From assembly GCF_009914755.1 (NCBI RefSeq), contig NC_060930.1: DNA of 64,000 nucleotides; one strand, written 5' to 3'. Positions 30,225 to 45,526 of this stretch are shown here, in pieces. Below the pieces are notes generated by a model. That model was not told the DNA's origin. It saw only the letters and a list, made by a program, of their open reading frames with translations, and did no database searches. The translations under genes and the position numbers were made by a program. The DNA comes from the human T2T-CHM13v2.0 reference genome, Homo sapiens. Every line of letters begins with the position of its first letter. Position 1 is the stretch's first letter.

Positions 30225-31320
30225 AATGTCTGATAAAGGACTGTTATCCAATATACAAAGAAATCTTGAAACTCAACAATAAGAAAACAAACAACTTGAT
30301 TTTTAAAATGGGAAAAAACCTGAACAAACATTTCACCAAAGAAGATAAAGGTGGCAAGTAAGCATAAGAAAAGATAGTAAACATCACGTCATTAGAGAAC
30401 TGCAAATTAAAACAAGAAGCTATCACTACACACCTGTTGTAAAGGCCAAAATCCAAAACAGTGACAACACCAAATGCTGGCAAGGATGTGGAGTGATAAG
30501 AACTCTCAATCATTGCTGGTGAGCATGCAAAATGGTACAGCCACTTTGGAAGACAGTTTGGCAATTTTTTCCAAAATGAAATTCTTACCATTTGATCCAG
30601 CAATTCTGCTCTCTGGTATTTATGCAAATTAATTAAAAACATATGTCTAAACAAAAACCTGCATATGCATGTTTACAGCTGCTTTATAATTGCCAAAACT
30701 TGGAAGCAACGAAGATTTGCTTCAGTAAGTGAATGGATAAACTGTGGTACATGCAGACAATGAAATATTCAGCACTACAAAAAAAAAATGAGCTAACAAG
30801 CCATGAAAAGACACGAAGGAAACTTAAATGCATATTACTAAGTTGAAGAAGCCAATGTGAAACGGCTACATTTTATATAATTCTAACTATAAGACATTCT
30901 GCAAAAGGCAAATAAAAATATTTATTTGCCAATAAAATATTACGGCAATAAAAATATTAGTAGTTATTGGGATTTAGTGGAGAGGAAGGGATGAATAGGT
31001 GGAGCAGAGGGGATTTGGGATGCAGTGAAACAACTGCGTAAGAGACTGTAATTGCGGATACATGTCATAATACATGTATCTAAACCCATAGGATGTGCAA
31101 CAGCAAGAGTGAGCCTTAATGTTACCTTCAGACTCTCCGTGATAATGATGTGTCAGTGTCCGTTCATTGATTGTGACAAATGTACCACTGTGGTGAGGAT
31201 GTCCATAGTGAGGGAGGGAGAGCATGTTGAGGGAGAAGGAGGAACATAACAGAACTCTCTGCATTTTATGCTCAATCTTGCTAAACCTAAAACTAAGCTG
31301 AAAAATAAAGTTTAATAATT
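30225..31320 (+). mobile_element. L1MC ORF2 end and 3'UTR
   Basis: aaatggtacagccactttggaagacagtttggc...gacaaatgtaccactgtggtgaggatgt...aaataaa. Confidence 0.85.
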
Positions 31321-32221
31321 TTTTAAAATCCTAATGTCTTATTTCTACTTTGATTGCAAATAATCTGTGAACAGTCTATAGACCAAGGCTCTCAAATTTC
31401 ACAAAGCCCTGCATAGCAACCCCTTATCTTACCTTTTGCTCCTTCAGAAAGCCCTATATTTTCCAATTCATTCTCAATTTTCACAACTTTCCATGAATAT
31501 CTTCTCACTCTCTTCTTCTCCTCACCCCTAAGCAACTCCTTTGCTTGTGGAGGATGGGGAAGGAGAATCAATCTAATCATGAGATTTAAACAATTTGAAG
31601 TATGTATGAATGACTGAAATTTCTACAAAGTGAGAATCGTGTTAATGCAAACCTCAAAGGTGTGCGGAGGTGAGTTTCTAAAGCAGGGCACCCTCTGGGC
31701 CTTTGGTCTCCTCTGAGCTGTCACCATCAACCCTTCCCATTCATCATCTCACAAACTCAGCAAAGTAACCAGGCATCCCACTTTTGAAAACATCATGAGT
31801 AAGTGGCCAGTCAGGTGCTACTAGTCAAAACGTTCCATATCTGTGAATTCTAGACTTTGGGATAGTCCCCAGTGATGACGACAGGTAAGTGCTTTAAGAG
31901 TTGAGTCTAGACGGTGCTAGAACACCTCTCAGCTAACAGGCCAATGGGGCTAAAGTCCTCAGTGAATTAGACTGTGCTAATCACTTCTCCCCTGCTCACT
32001 CCTACAAAATGTCAGTCTGTCAGTTATCACCCGTACTAGCATTTCAAAATTTGCATTGGGCAGCATTATCACATGGCTTTAATGCTTTATTAGTGGATTG
32101 GCCATATGTGCCAATTGCCTCCAGCAATCCCAGGTTACACCTCTTTTACCAGCAAATTATTGATAGCTCCCCCTTTCACTCTCAAGAGCATCCCCTTCGG
32201 GGCAATAAATAATAATGTCAC

Positions 32222-32771
32222 TGGCATGGTTAATACTGAGTGTCAACTTGATTGGATTGAAGGATGTAAAGTATTGTTCCTGGGTGTGTCTGTGAGGGTG
32301 TTGCCAAAGGAGATCAACATTTGAGTCACTGGACTGGGAGAGGCAGACCCACCCTCAATCTGGGTGGGCACCATCTAATCAGCCGCCAGTGTGGCTAGAA
32401 TAAAAGCAGGCAGAGGAATGTGGAGGGACTAAACTGGCTGAGACTTCCAGCCTTCTTTATTTTCCTGTGCTGGATGCTTCTTGCCCTTGAACATCGGACT
32501 CCAAGTTCTTCAGCTTTTGGACTCTTGGACCTACACCAGTGGTTTGCCAGGGGCTCTCGAGCCTTCAACCACAGACTGAAGGCTGCACTGTCAGTTTCCC
32601 TACTTTTGAGGTTTTGGGTCTCAGACTGGCTTCCCTGCTCCTCAGCTTGCAGATGGCCTATTGTGGGACTTCACCTTGTGATCGTGTGAGTCAATACTCC
32701 TTAATAAACTCCCCTCTATATATACATCTATCCTATTAGTCCTAACCCTCTAGAGAACACTGACTAATACA
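32222..32771 (+). mobile_element. MLT2A solo LTR (HERV-L); about 550 bp suggests MLT2A2
   Basis: ggttaatactgagtgtcaacttgattggattgaagg...ctgactaataca; TSD GTCAC / GTGAC. Confidence 0.88.
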
Positions 32772-34084
32772 GTGACCTATTCATGAGAGAGGCTGACCTG
32801 CTATTTTAATAGACTTTTAACTGAATGCAGTAAGAAGAAGACAGTAGTTCTATAGCTACTGTATTAGTCAGAGTTCTCCAGAGAAATAGAAGCAATAGGA
32901 CGTGTATACATAGAGAGAAAGAGATTTAATTTCAGGTATTGACAACAGTTCATGTGAGAAAAACTTGGGGGTTTAAATTAATCCCTTATAGATACGCCTG
33001 ATATTGCTGTTACCAAAAAGAAACAACAACAACAACAAAATGCAAACAAAGACTGCTCTAGGAAAAGTAGATTACCTTGAGCAAGGGAGATAATAGTTTC
33101 TCTACATTTTTTGCTAGCCAGATTGTAATTTCCCTGTTTTGTTTGGTTCTGAGCACATTTTGAGAGGTCTTGATGAAGCACAGAGCTTTTAGAAAAATAT
33201 AGCAAGAAATATCATGGCAACAGGGACCATCTAGATAGCATGAATATATAGATGTCTTCAAATGCCAAAGTGTTAGGGCAGTATATTTTGGTGTGGTGTG
33301 AGGAAGAATTTCCCAGTTACTGGAGTGCAATAGACGAGTGGAATTCACGAAGTTGTGAGCTCACTGTCTTTGGAAGAATCTAACAGATTTGAATAACCTT
33401 TTTGAGTGGTATCGTGATGTGTGGAAGGATAAACTCTACATGACTTCTAAGTTCCTTCTCAATTCTAACCATTTAAGTTTAAATAGTCTATAATGAGAAA
33501 TTGTTATTATCTTCAAAAGGATTCCTCTTAGGCAGTGAACTGACATCAAAAAACACACCTGCTCAGGATCAATGAGATCCTGACATAGAAGATGTTGGCA
33601 GATGCCAAGACGTCAAAGAAGTGCTGTAGCTTTTCAGGAGGCAAAAGAATATGGTAAATTTGCCAATTTTGAGGCACCACCAAGAATACAATATTGAGAT
33701 TCTGATATACACCCCAAATACTGAAATAAGTATATATGTTTATTATACTATTTAATAGATCTATATGAGGGGGCAATGACAAAGACATAGCTGAGAGATT
33801 TGGAGAAAATGCCGTAATCTGAATTTCAGATATTCAGGAATTAGATTTTTTGACATTCTGCTAAGGAAAATTTTTCTTACTGTAAATCTGAGTATAGAAA
33901 AAAACCATTTAGAATTACAAGTTTCCAAGAGCTCAAATATCTTTCTACTTGGTGTTAAAAAAGAACTTTAAACATTTGTCAGCCTTTGCTGTGTTACTTA
34001 TCCAACCATTCTGTCTCCTCTTTGCCATGTGCGTCTATCAAAACTCAGTTCTCTTCAGTTCATGCGGTACATCTTGGGAAAAGC

Positions 34085-34522
34085 AATCCACTATTGGCCT
34101 CAAGAATCTCTGCATTTGCTTGCTGAACACACCAAAAATACAAGGCCCTGACTACTCTTTACCCAAGGCATTTCTCAGAGCTGGGTTTGTAACCTTGAGA
34201 AACGAGGGCAACACCTCTCCTAAGACAAAGAGCAGGCTTGCTTCTGCTTATTACAAAAGTGGCAGATTCTCCAAGTTCAGAGTTCCTCTCCTGTAATGCA
34301 ACCCACTGCATGTGCAGGCATCCATCTGGGCCCACCTCTGCCATCTGCTGTGTGTGACTCAGGGGCACGAAGCTCTGGCTACTGCTTTTGCTTTTGTAAT
34401 AAAGTTTTTTAGCTCTGACCCACAAGTCTCATGTCTTCTGCCAATATTCATGAAGTAAGAAAAAGGCTAACTCGTAAGTTTGTAAGTAGGATAAAATCTC
34501 AGACCATTTACAGTTCTTAACA
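34085..34522 (+). mobile_element. Old ERV LTR (family uncertain)
   Basis: LTR-like body with AATAAA at about 34398 and end aaatctcagaccatttacagttcttaaca. Confidence 0.55.
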
Positions 34523-35189
34523 ATACAATTGAGGAAGTGGCTAATAATTACACTTTCCCTCTCCACCCCAAAACTGATCCCAACATTGGTTCAACCAGGT
34601 GTTAAGCTATTGAACAGAGGAATGTATTGAAAGGAGAAGGATCAGAAAAGAAATGGGATGGTGTCTGGAAGCACTGGCCAAAACTAAGCACTGACATGGA
34701 AATTCTGAATAGACTCAAGTAGTAAAGACAAACTCCATAACTGTGTTTGAGACCAGGCCTGCCTACCTCTTTCCGAAAAAAAGCTAAAGTCTATATTTTA
34801 TGCCTTTGAACATTTCTTTTGCTAATTTATTCATTTAATGAATATTCATTGAAAGGCCTGGGGCAAGACTAAAGAGAGAAAATTTTCGGAAGACATCTAT
34901 AGGGTGATTGATTGGGACTCTAGCTATTATTCTGTAAGTTATTTTATATTCTAAATAAAATTATCTTTCCCTTGTTCTACATTTATTCATGTGCTCACAA
35001 AGCTCATTTTCCTGATCTCTTGGGTTCTATTCCAGCTACATCTTTATTCTGCATCTCCTTGTCTACTAAAATTATAATATTTGTGAACCTTCTCCAATAA
35101 GATAAAAAATACAACTGTTATACTCTGCCCAGTTGAAGACTTCTGCTTATCTTAGAGTAACCCACATTTAGGTGAGCCTCCTATATTCA

Positions 35190-35600
35190 TGCAATCACTC
35201 AGCATTCAACAAATATTTACTGAGCCCTTTCCTTCTACCAGGCACTGTTGTAAAGAGCTGGAAACGAGCAGTTAACAAGACAGAAAAGAGCCCATTCTAG
35301 TGGGTACCTAGAGATAGGAAGGGAGAATTAAATGCATGTTCTCAGACATGGCCAAAAGTGAAACAGGGTAATAGGACAGAGAGTACAAAAATAAAGATTA
35401 TTTTCTATTACTGACTATAGAAAGTGTTGCTGAGATCACACTTAGAAAGTGAAAGAAAACCAACAGCTTGGACACCCAGGGGTAGAATGTTTCAGGCAGA
35501 GGAAACCACAAAGGCAAAGGAACGAGTGGCCCATCTGAAGGACAGAGTGCATCAGAGCAGCCAGAACTGAGGAGGCCAATGAGGGGAAGGAACTGAAAGG
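35190..35600 (-). mobile_element. L2 3' fragment
   Basis: cattcaacaaatatttactgagc...ccaggcactg. Confidence 0.7.
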
Positions 35601-35955
35601 GTCTATAAGATCCCCCCACAGTCATCTGGACGTAAGAGCTGAGGGAAACTAAGGCTGGGAGTCCTGTGAGCAAAATAAATAACTATCCAATCATGTATGT
35701 TCTCCTAGATTGATCTTAAGACAGTTAGAGTAGCAGAAAGCATGCTCCCAGAATCACTTATCTCAGCTTCTCAGTAATGGATGTTCACCAACTTCACAAC
35801 AATGTGTAGGACACATTATGTCACTGTGTTTTCTCAGCCCTGTCATGTCATTTCCAACATAGTCATCTTATCAGAGGTAGAAATAACAAAGAAAGAATAG
35901 AGAATAATTCTAGAACATCAGATCATGGGATTAGGGGATTAAATATTGTTATTAC

Positions 35956-36734
<779 letters not shown>

Positions 36735-39700
36735 TAATATCAAATGCACCAGAAAACACATTTTATGCACCCGTGAGCCCTAGAATAGAGAGAGGTGGGA
36801 GAAGGGAGAAAAAAGATCCTCCAGGTAACCAGCATCAGATCTCGTGAGAGTATTAGGGCCTTACCTAGGGAAAGGATGTCATTTAGAGATCAACAGAAGA
36901 AGAGGACAAACGTGATCCACACCTTTTTGCCTTGGTTCTGTTTTTCCACTGGATGTGAAGACACAGGAATGTCTAATATTAGCTCCTGCTGGAAGTTTTT
37001 AATAAAGGCATTAAAGCTGACCCTGGGTCTTATCCAACTAAGTGAATGGGAGAAGATGGAAAGCTCTTTAACATTTTTATGTATTATTAAGCATTATCTC
37101 AATAACCAAACAAATGTTGAGACCAGAAATAATTGACCCATAATTCCATCATTTTAATAAAATTGAATACAATATAAATTTAAATTTTTTCTATTGTCAT
37201 TTCTAATCTTTTTATATAGTCTCACTTATAAGTAAAATTGTTGTAATAATTTTATAGGTACAATCTCATATTCTTATGAAGATTTTCTTTTCTTTTTTTT
37301 TTGGAGGAGGAGGAGAGAGTTGGCTTCATTTCTGGTTATCCAAGTGGGCTGCACTGTCTGGGTGGAACACAACCCTGGCTTTTAAATTTTCACAACAAAG
37401 TGACAACACTGCCTTCTGTGCATCTGGTCTCTAAGCACATGGTTCTCCCTTTTATCAGCAACATAGACTTTATTCAGGACAAGTACGTATCAGAGAAACC
37501 AACTGTAATTCAAAAGCTCCCGTATATCCAATATGAGAGTCAAATAGACAAGCAAACCACCTATTCTTTTGGGTTTTCCAAGCTCTATCTTGGTATTGCT
37601 AGATCATCAGAAAGTGAAGTTTCAGAATCACACGATCTCAGCTCTCCAATGTCACACTATATTCTGTATAAAGGGTTGATACTGGACGATTTCGTGCAAA
37701 AAGCACTTTTTTCCTTTTTCATTGTGAGCCAGATTTACCTATGAAAAAAAGACTCGCATTGTAAATGTGTTATGAGGTTTTGTTCTAGAAAAAAAGTCAC
37801 TCTCTGCAAAGCTTTTTCATATGCTTCCTTTTTCTAAAAATTAAAGCATAAAATCAGGATGATGTAACCCCAATGCGCCTTGTGGTTTGGCTTAGCTGCT
37901 TGGAAAGTCAGTCACATTTGTGACCCATTATAGCAAACATTCTGCCTGAGACTATTTGTTAACATCTCTTCCTGCTCTTTATAAACAGTTTTCTTTTAAC
38001 TTCATCATTAATTCTGCACTAACTTTTATATCATATTAAATCCTCTTAGATGAAGAGGTTATATAATACATGTAATATGCACTAAAGGGGTGATACGTAC
38101 GCCAAGTATAAAGGGCACTTCAGGGGATCAGGACAATTCCGTGGACCGAGGGGTCAAGCCTTTAGTGATTTCATCACAGCATTCAGACTGGAGAAAGGAG
38201 GACATTTCTGCAGGATTATTCCTTGAACAAATTTAGTAAAGGAATCTTCTCTGTAATAAGAATACATGCCTGACCATAAAGAAGGACTGCTTGGGGCAAA
38301 GAATGGAGCATGAAGCTGCACAGGCATCAGGGTCAGTACTAGAGTGCTTTAAATATCAAGTTCATGAGTTTAATTTCTAGCCTCTAAGTAATTTTTGAGC
38401 AGGGAAGTGGCTGATGAAATTGTCTAGATAATTATGACCAAGATGCCACCATCAGCAGATCTACATTTCTCTGGAGGATAGTTCACGTGTTGTATGGATG
38501 GTGCAAGTTTGTTTTTAGACATTAAAATTTAAGTCCCAGCCGGGTATCTTAGTGGAAATGCCCAGTAGATTGTGAGATAGGAGCCTGGAGCTTGTCAGCA
38601 AGACAGATTTTTGGAAATTATCCATATAAAAGAGCATTAAAGAAGCAATAAGAAAAGATGAGTGCTCTGGGCTCCTTCTCCTTCAACAAATATTTAAAAT
38701 AACCCCAGAGGGCGGAGACTCCACGAAGAGACAGGTTAAGTTCTGAATTAGAGGGCATGGGGACCAATAGGACACTTACTGCCATCGAAATTGATGCCTT
38801 CTCTCAGTCCCACAAAGACTAAATTTAGAATGGTCTTTCAATGCTTCATTACCAGATTAGAGAGTTAATGAGTAATCATTGCTTTGTTTTGGGTTTTTTT
38901 GTTTTTTTTTTTTTGGCAAGTGGGTAATAAATAATGATGCAGAGAAGCTAAAAAAGGGAAGAAAATGTATGTTATCCATAAACTGGGAAAACATTCCTTA
39001 GGGAGTAACAAAAGAGCAATACTGCCAGCTCAGCTGGGGAAAATGAAGAGGAGGCAGTGCCTCAAGGTTGTCTAGTGATACCTTATATGGCAAATAGTAT
39101 TCAGTGTCAAGAGAAAAAAGCTCATACCGTGGGAAGCCACAGCCCTCTGTTAAAATCACTAAGAGAATGAGAGAAAAGGAGGAAATAGAGGTAATGCTAG
39201 TATCTTTATAGCAAAGGTAAGACCTTTGAAATGTGGGACTCAGACACATGATAAAAGAGCCACATAAATTACACTCAAAAATAGCCTGGTGTTCATGGGC
39301 TATCATTGGAACTGGTTAGTCTGAACCTGGCTGAGTGCAAAAGAGAATGTTGCAGATTGGGAAGTTCAGTGTGACCTATAGGAAGATGGAGGTCAGGATT
39401 GTAGAGAAGAAACTACAGAAGACAAAACTGAGACTTGAAGATTAGATGACGGGCCAAAGAGTTTGGGCTCCACCTCATAGGTAATGGATTTGATCAGAAA
39501 TTTGTAAGAAAGGGAAAACAACAAATTCCTATTTATGTTGGAAAATAGGACTCCAGTGTAGATGCACACACCACCTTGCCAGATTCCAGCAGGAGGGAGG
39601 CCAGTTAGAAGTTTTTGCAATGGAGCTGATGAGGGCCTATGCTAAGGAAGCCATAGGAGAATGAGGGTGTGGCGGGAAGATATGTAGCATTATTCTTTCA

Positions 39701-39917
39701 GTATAGTCATGGACTTTAGAAAGCAGTTCTCTTACAGTCAACTTTTGAGCCACCATTCCTCTTTTTAACTTTCTGCCTTTGTATAAATCAGCCAGCCAGG
39801 GAATACAATTTCTCAGAGGTGAGGAGGAAGCACATATGTAAGCAATACCACCTTGCTCAGCAAAATAGAATGTAGAACCTCCAGGGCTTACTGTAGTGCT
39901 TAAGAGAGGTGCTCATA

Positions 39918-40212
39918 GGCCAAGCGCAGTGGCTCATACCTGTAATCTCAGCACTTTGGGAGGCCAAGGATTGCTCGAGCCCAAGAGTTCAAGATCAACC
40001 TGGGCAACAAAAGGAGACCCCATTTCTAAAAAGAATTTTAAAAATAAGTTAGCCAGGCATGGCGATGCTTGCCTGTAGTCCAACTACTCAGGAGTACTAA
40101 GGTGGGAGGATGGCTTGAGCTCTCCTGGTTGAGGCTGCAGTGAGACCTGAGTGTCATTGCACTCCAGCCTGGGTGACAGAGAGAGACCCTGTCTCAAAGG
40201 AAAAAAAAAAAA
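39918..40212 (+). mobile_element. AluJ
   Basis: Diverged Alu with A tail. Confidence 0.9.
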
Positions 40213-40997
40213 GTGCTAATACATGGAGTCCTGATGCCATCACCCTCAATGTCCTCTTCCTTTTGAGAGTTTCTCTTTTGATTGTCATATTCCCAACACA
40301 TGGGTTCCACATGTTGGGAGTATGACAAGGTAGACATGGTAGTCTACCTTTAAATTTTGATTGTACCCAGAGAGCTCTTTCCATGCTTCGCCTTAGCAAT
40401 GACAAAAAAAAATGCACTGGCAACTGAGAATCAAAAGGAAAAACTTGAAAGAGATACCATATCCTCTAAGCGCCACCCTATAGCAAGCTGTCAGGTCAGA
40501 CCACAAGTGTGGTAGAAACCTTCAGAGTCTGAATTGACACTGCCCTGGGTTATATTCAAATCCTCTCTCTTCTAAATAGTCTTATGACCTTAGCCAGTTC
40601 CTTCAATGCTCTAGATCAGTCATATATGATTCCAAGGAAAGTGGACACAACTTAAGAGACAACGTTTGAAAAGCAACTGGCACTATATGAGCATGTGTAT
40701 CTGTTAGTAACTTAATTTCACTGCTAGCAAGAGACCCAACTCCAGTGGGTTTATTTATAAATCCACACAAGGGTTTGTTCTCTTACAGAGAAGAAGTCCA
40801 GAGGTAGGCAGTCCAGGCAGGCAAGACAACTGAAGAAGTCGTTAGAGACCCAGAGGTCCCTTTTCTTCCACCTTGAAAGTCACCTCAGGGCCAAGATGGC
40901 TGCTGGGCACAGGAAGGAAGAATGCATGCCTTCCTTCTAAAAGGAAGTAACTTTCAATTACGACTCACTGATCGGAACTTAGTCACACGATCATATC

Positions 40998-41398
40998 TGA
41001 TATAGTTGGGATACGTGTCTCCTCTAAATCATTTATTGAAATGTAATCCCCAGTGTTGGAGGTGAGGCCTAGGGCAAGGTGATTGGGTCATGAGGCAGAT
41101 CCCTCATGGCTTGGTGCTGCTCTCACAGTAGTGAGTGAATTCTCCTCCGATCTGGTTAAGTGTGTGGTACCTCTTCCCCAACACCTCTCTCTAGCTCTCC
41201 TTTCCCCATGTGAAGTGCCTTCTCCCCATCCACCCTCCACCATGAGTAAAAACTCCCTGAGGTCTCCCCAAAAGCTAAGCAGATACCGGCACCATGTTTG
41301 TACAGCCTGCAGAACCGTGAGCCAATTAAACCTCTTTTCTTTATAAATTATCCAGTCTCAGGTATTTCTTTATAGCAATGCAAGAATGGCCTAATACA
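40998..41398 (+). mobile_element. MSTB-like MaLR solo LTR, nested in an older MLT1 (~40700-41520)
   Basis: tgatatagttgg...ctaataca; perfect TSD ATATC. Confidence 0.85.
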
Positions 41399-41539
41399 AT
41401 ATCTAATTGCGAAGTATACAGATCTAGCTGAAAATCTAGTTTTTAGCTGGGCACACTGCCCTGGGTTCTTTTACAAAAAAGGAAAAATGGACATTTGTTA
41501 GTAATTAGCACTGTCTGCTAAAAATTTTATTAAATGTTA

Positions 41540-41959
<420 letters not shown>

Positions 41960-42996
41960 TTATTAATATATCATCCAAAATCCTCAATGGTCCATGACTT
42001 AGGCAATAAATTAGTGCCAGACCAAAAATCCCTCTCTCCTGGTTGAAGGGATTTTTTTGGTTTGTTTCCCCTTTTATTAGATAAAAGGTGTATTTTTTAT
42101 TTCATCATATTTTGCTTTGGCTAGCCATTTTGCAATCAATTTTAACATCATCCTTAGTCTAAATTTTAGATACAATCATTTCCCAAACATTTTATCAATT
42201 GGCTCTTATACTTTTGTTCTTGTATTAATAATTCTTAAGACATTTGCATGTGAGACTCTTTTGGAAGTTTAAGGAAGCTGAAATAACAAATCAATCCAAA
42301 GATTTGGCACTTGTTCAGTGAATTCCTTTGAACTGTTCTTTGGCTCCAATGCTCCAATGCTTAAATAATTACTAGGTAATTGCAAAATTTAGCTTCCAAG
42401 GCACTATATGAAGAGAGCTACCATGAAACTAATGCCAGTGATGTTTTAAGATCTGGAAATACAATAAAGAGTTTTTATTCAAATATGATGCAACGGAGTA
42501 AGCAACAAACTATAGTGAAATCCATTTTAAGAAACATTAAAGCCTTGTAAAAATTTTCAGAACTAGAATTGAATTGTAGCCAAGTACTTTCAAGAAACTA
42601 AATCTAATCTGACAAGAAACAGGAATTGTTACACGAATACCTTTAATAAAATGGACATTTGAGAGAGAAAAAATCACAAGAGAAATGGAAAAATTCATAA
42701 GATTAAAAAACAGAATGAGACCTATGAGGTTATTTAGAGGGCAAAATGCTAGAAAAGATAACATGAGAATTGCTCAGTGGTCATAGCATTTTTTTTAAAA
42801 GGCTAAATAGTAGGGTTTCTCTGTTTAGGACAAATGAAGACAATTCTTTTTTTCTCAGCTATTCATTGTCAGAGAAAACATATTAAGAGATGAAGGAATA
42901 AGGTGAGGCAAGAAAATGAATTCTGACCATCTTTATCTAGAAAGAAAACCGGTGATTAAAAACGAATCTTCTGTCTTTTCCCTTTACCTCACATAT

Positions 42997-43354
42997 TGAT
43001 ATGGTTTGGCTCTGTGTCCCCACCCAAATTTCATCTCACATTGAAATCCCCATGTGTCAAGGGAGGCACCTGGTGGGAGGTGATTGGATCATGGGGGCAG
43101 TTTCCCCCATGCTGTTCTCATGATAGTGAGTGAGTTATCATGAGAGCTGATGGCTTTTAAGTGTGGCACTTCCTCTCTCTCTCTCCTGCCACCATGTAAG
43201 ACATATCTGCTTCCCCTTCACCTTCAGCCATGATTGTAAGTTTCCTGAGGCCTCCCCAGCCACAAGGAACTGTGAGTCAATTAAACCTCCCTTCTTTATA
43301 AATTACCCAGTCTCAGGTAGTATCTTTATAGCAGTGTGAGAACAGACTGACACA
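42997..43354 (+). mobile_element. MSTA MaLR solo LTR
   Basis: tgatatggtttggctctgtgtccccacccaaat...gactgacaca; TSD CATAT / CGTAT. Confidence 0.88.
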
Positions 43355-43969
43355 CGTATCTATCCTGATTTCCCATCACACACTCTGCCTCTATATTGAC
43401 CTGTTTCCTTGCAACTCCACAACTGCGCAGTGCATAGAACCATCTTTGTGTCTTCTCTCATGGTCTTCCCTCCTTAGGAAGTTTTCACATAGCTGTACCT
43501 TAACCATCCTTCCAGGACCATCTAAAGCCTTATATTTTCTGACAGTTACTGGCCTCAATACAATCTTTTCTTTAAATTCTCCAGCACTCAGGCTCTGCGA
43601 CACAACACAGCACTTAATTATGTACAGACTGATAGTATTTCAGGTTGTTTTACATATGTTGGTCTTGGAACTAGAGGGGAAGCCGCCTCGGCACAGAAGC
43701 CACTTTCCATGTCTCTGAGGACCTACTGTGCCTCATACAAGCCCAGCACAGATTAGTGTCAGCTGTAGAGAAGGCAACCCAGACCCTATACTTCTATGTA
43801 TGTGTTTTCCCTTTTTCTCTTTGTATGACACTTAATACATGCAATTATTAACTCTCCCCACTAACAATCTAACATTGACACCTGAAAATGTTTTTATTTT
43901 CTTGGCAGTTCTCCCCCTTTGGAACCAGAGCAGTAGCACAAGGAAAGAGCTGGAGTTGAGGGATTCAAA

Positions 43970-44292
43970 TTCAGTGAGTCTTAAATTCAATGACAAGTCT
44001 TTATGAAAGAAGAAGAAACAGAAACAGACATGGGGGAGAAGTCCATGCAAAGACAGAAGCAGGGATGAGGGTGACAAGCCTATGGGCCATGCAATGCCAA
44101 GGATGGCCAGCAGCCACCACAAGCTGGAAGAGACAGGAAGGATTCTCCCTAAGAGCTCTCAGAAGAAACAGGGCACTGCCAGCATTTGATTTTGGACTCC
44201 TGGCCTCTAAAACTGTGAGACAATAAATTCCTGTTGCTTTAAGCCACCAAGTTTGTGGTAATTTGTTACATAAGCTATAGGAAACTAATATA
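43970..44292 (+). mobile_element. MLT1B/C LTR, 3' part
   Basis: aactgtgagacaataaattcctgttgctttaagccaccaagtttgtggtaatttgttac. Confidence 0.8.
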
Positions 44293-44565
44293 GTCCCTTG
44301 TGGAACTTTACATTTTAGTAAAGAGACAAAATACACTAAAAAGAAAGTATAATATAGTAGTGAGCGCAGTAAGAAAACAAAACAGGCTAATGTGAAAGAA
44401 TGTCACTAAGAGCTACTTTCAATTAGATGGTAAGGAAGCCTCCATTTACTCTCTTCCAGTGTTCCTAGAAAAAAAAATTATAATATCCAAATTCATTAAT
44501 TTGTTAAGCAGTTTTTCCACGCTCATATTAAATATTATTTTCTTCAGTTCATTTTTATTGTAATT

Positions 44566-44716
44566 TTCTTTTTTTCGAAACAGGTCTTTGTATGTCACCC
44601 AGGCTGGAGGGCAGTGGCATGGTCTTGCTTCACTGCAACCTCTGCCTCCCAGGTTCAAGCCATCCTCCCACCTCAGCCTCCTGTGCTGGGACCACAGGTG
44701 CACAGCACACTCGGCT

Positions 44717-44757
<41 letters not shown>

Positions 44758-44830
44758 GTAGAGATGGGGTTTCCCCATGTTGCTTAGGCTGGTATTGAAT
44801 TCCTGGCCTCAGGCAATCCTCCCACCTCAG
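44566..44830 (-). mobile_element. 5'-truncated AluJ with a T38 linker
   Basis: Antisense Alu; poly-T 44719-44756; TSD tgta(a/g)ttttcttttttt. Confidence 0.88.
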
Positions 44831-45526
44831 TGTAGTTTTCTTTTTTTTACATGTTTAATTGATAGATCATAGTTGTACATATTTTAGGGGTATATGGGAT
44901 ATTTTGATACATCTATACAATGTATAATGATAAAATCATGGTAATTGAAATATCCATCACCTCAAATATTTATCTTTTCTTTGTGTTGGGATCAGGACAA
45001 ATTTTTTCTTCTAGCTATTTTAAAATATACAATAAATTATTGTTAACTGTAATTTCCCTACTGTACTATTGAATACTATAACTTATCTCCTCAACATAAT
45101 TGTATGTCTCTACTCATTAACTTACTTATTTTCATCCCCGTACTTCCCTTCCCAGCCTCTGATAATCATCATTCTACTCTTTATCTCTAGGAGATCTACT
45201 TTTTTTGCTCCCACATAAGAGTGATAATGTGATATTTGTATTTCAATGCCTGGCTTATTTTACTAAACATAATGACCTCCAGTTCCATCCATGTTGCTGC
45301 AAATAACAGGATTTCATTCTTTTTGTGGCTGTATAATATTCCATTGAGTATGTATACTACATTTTTTTTATCAGTTCGTCTACTGCTGGATACTTGGGTT
45401 GATTTGATGTCTTAGCTATTATGAATAGTGCTGCAGTAAATATGGGAGTGCAGATATCTCTTTGATATACTGATTTCCTTTATTTGGCTATATACCCAGC
45501 AGTGGAATTGGTGGACTGTGCAGTAG
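44831..45526 (-). mobile_element. 5'-truncated L1MA
   Basis: L1MA 3'UTR; 17-bp TSD tttcttcagttcatttt at 44539-44555 and 45527-45543. Confidence 0.85.

Noticed and set aside
31882-31890. Perfect CAG|GTAAGT donor
   Set aside because: Isolated, with no convincing acceptor or ORF; expected by chance at this window size.
37301-37744. 147-aa ORF in unique DNA
   Set aside because: Non-ATG start, no recognisable protein family and no clear exon boundaries.
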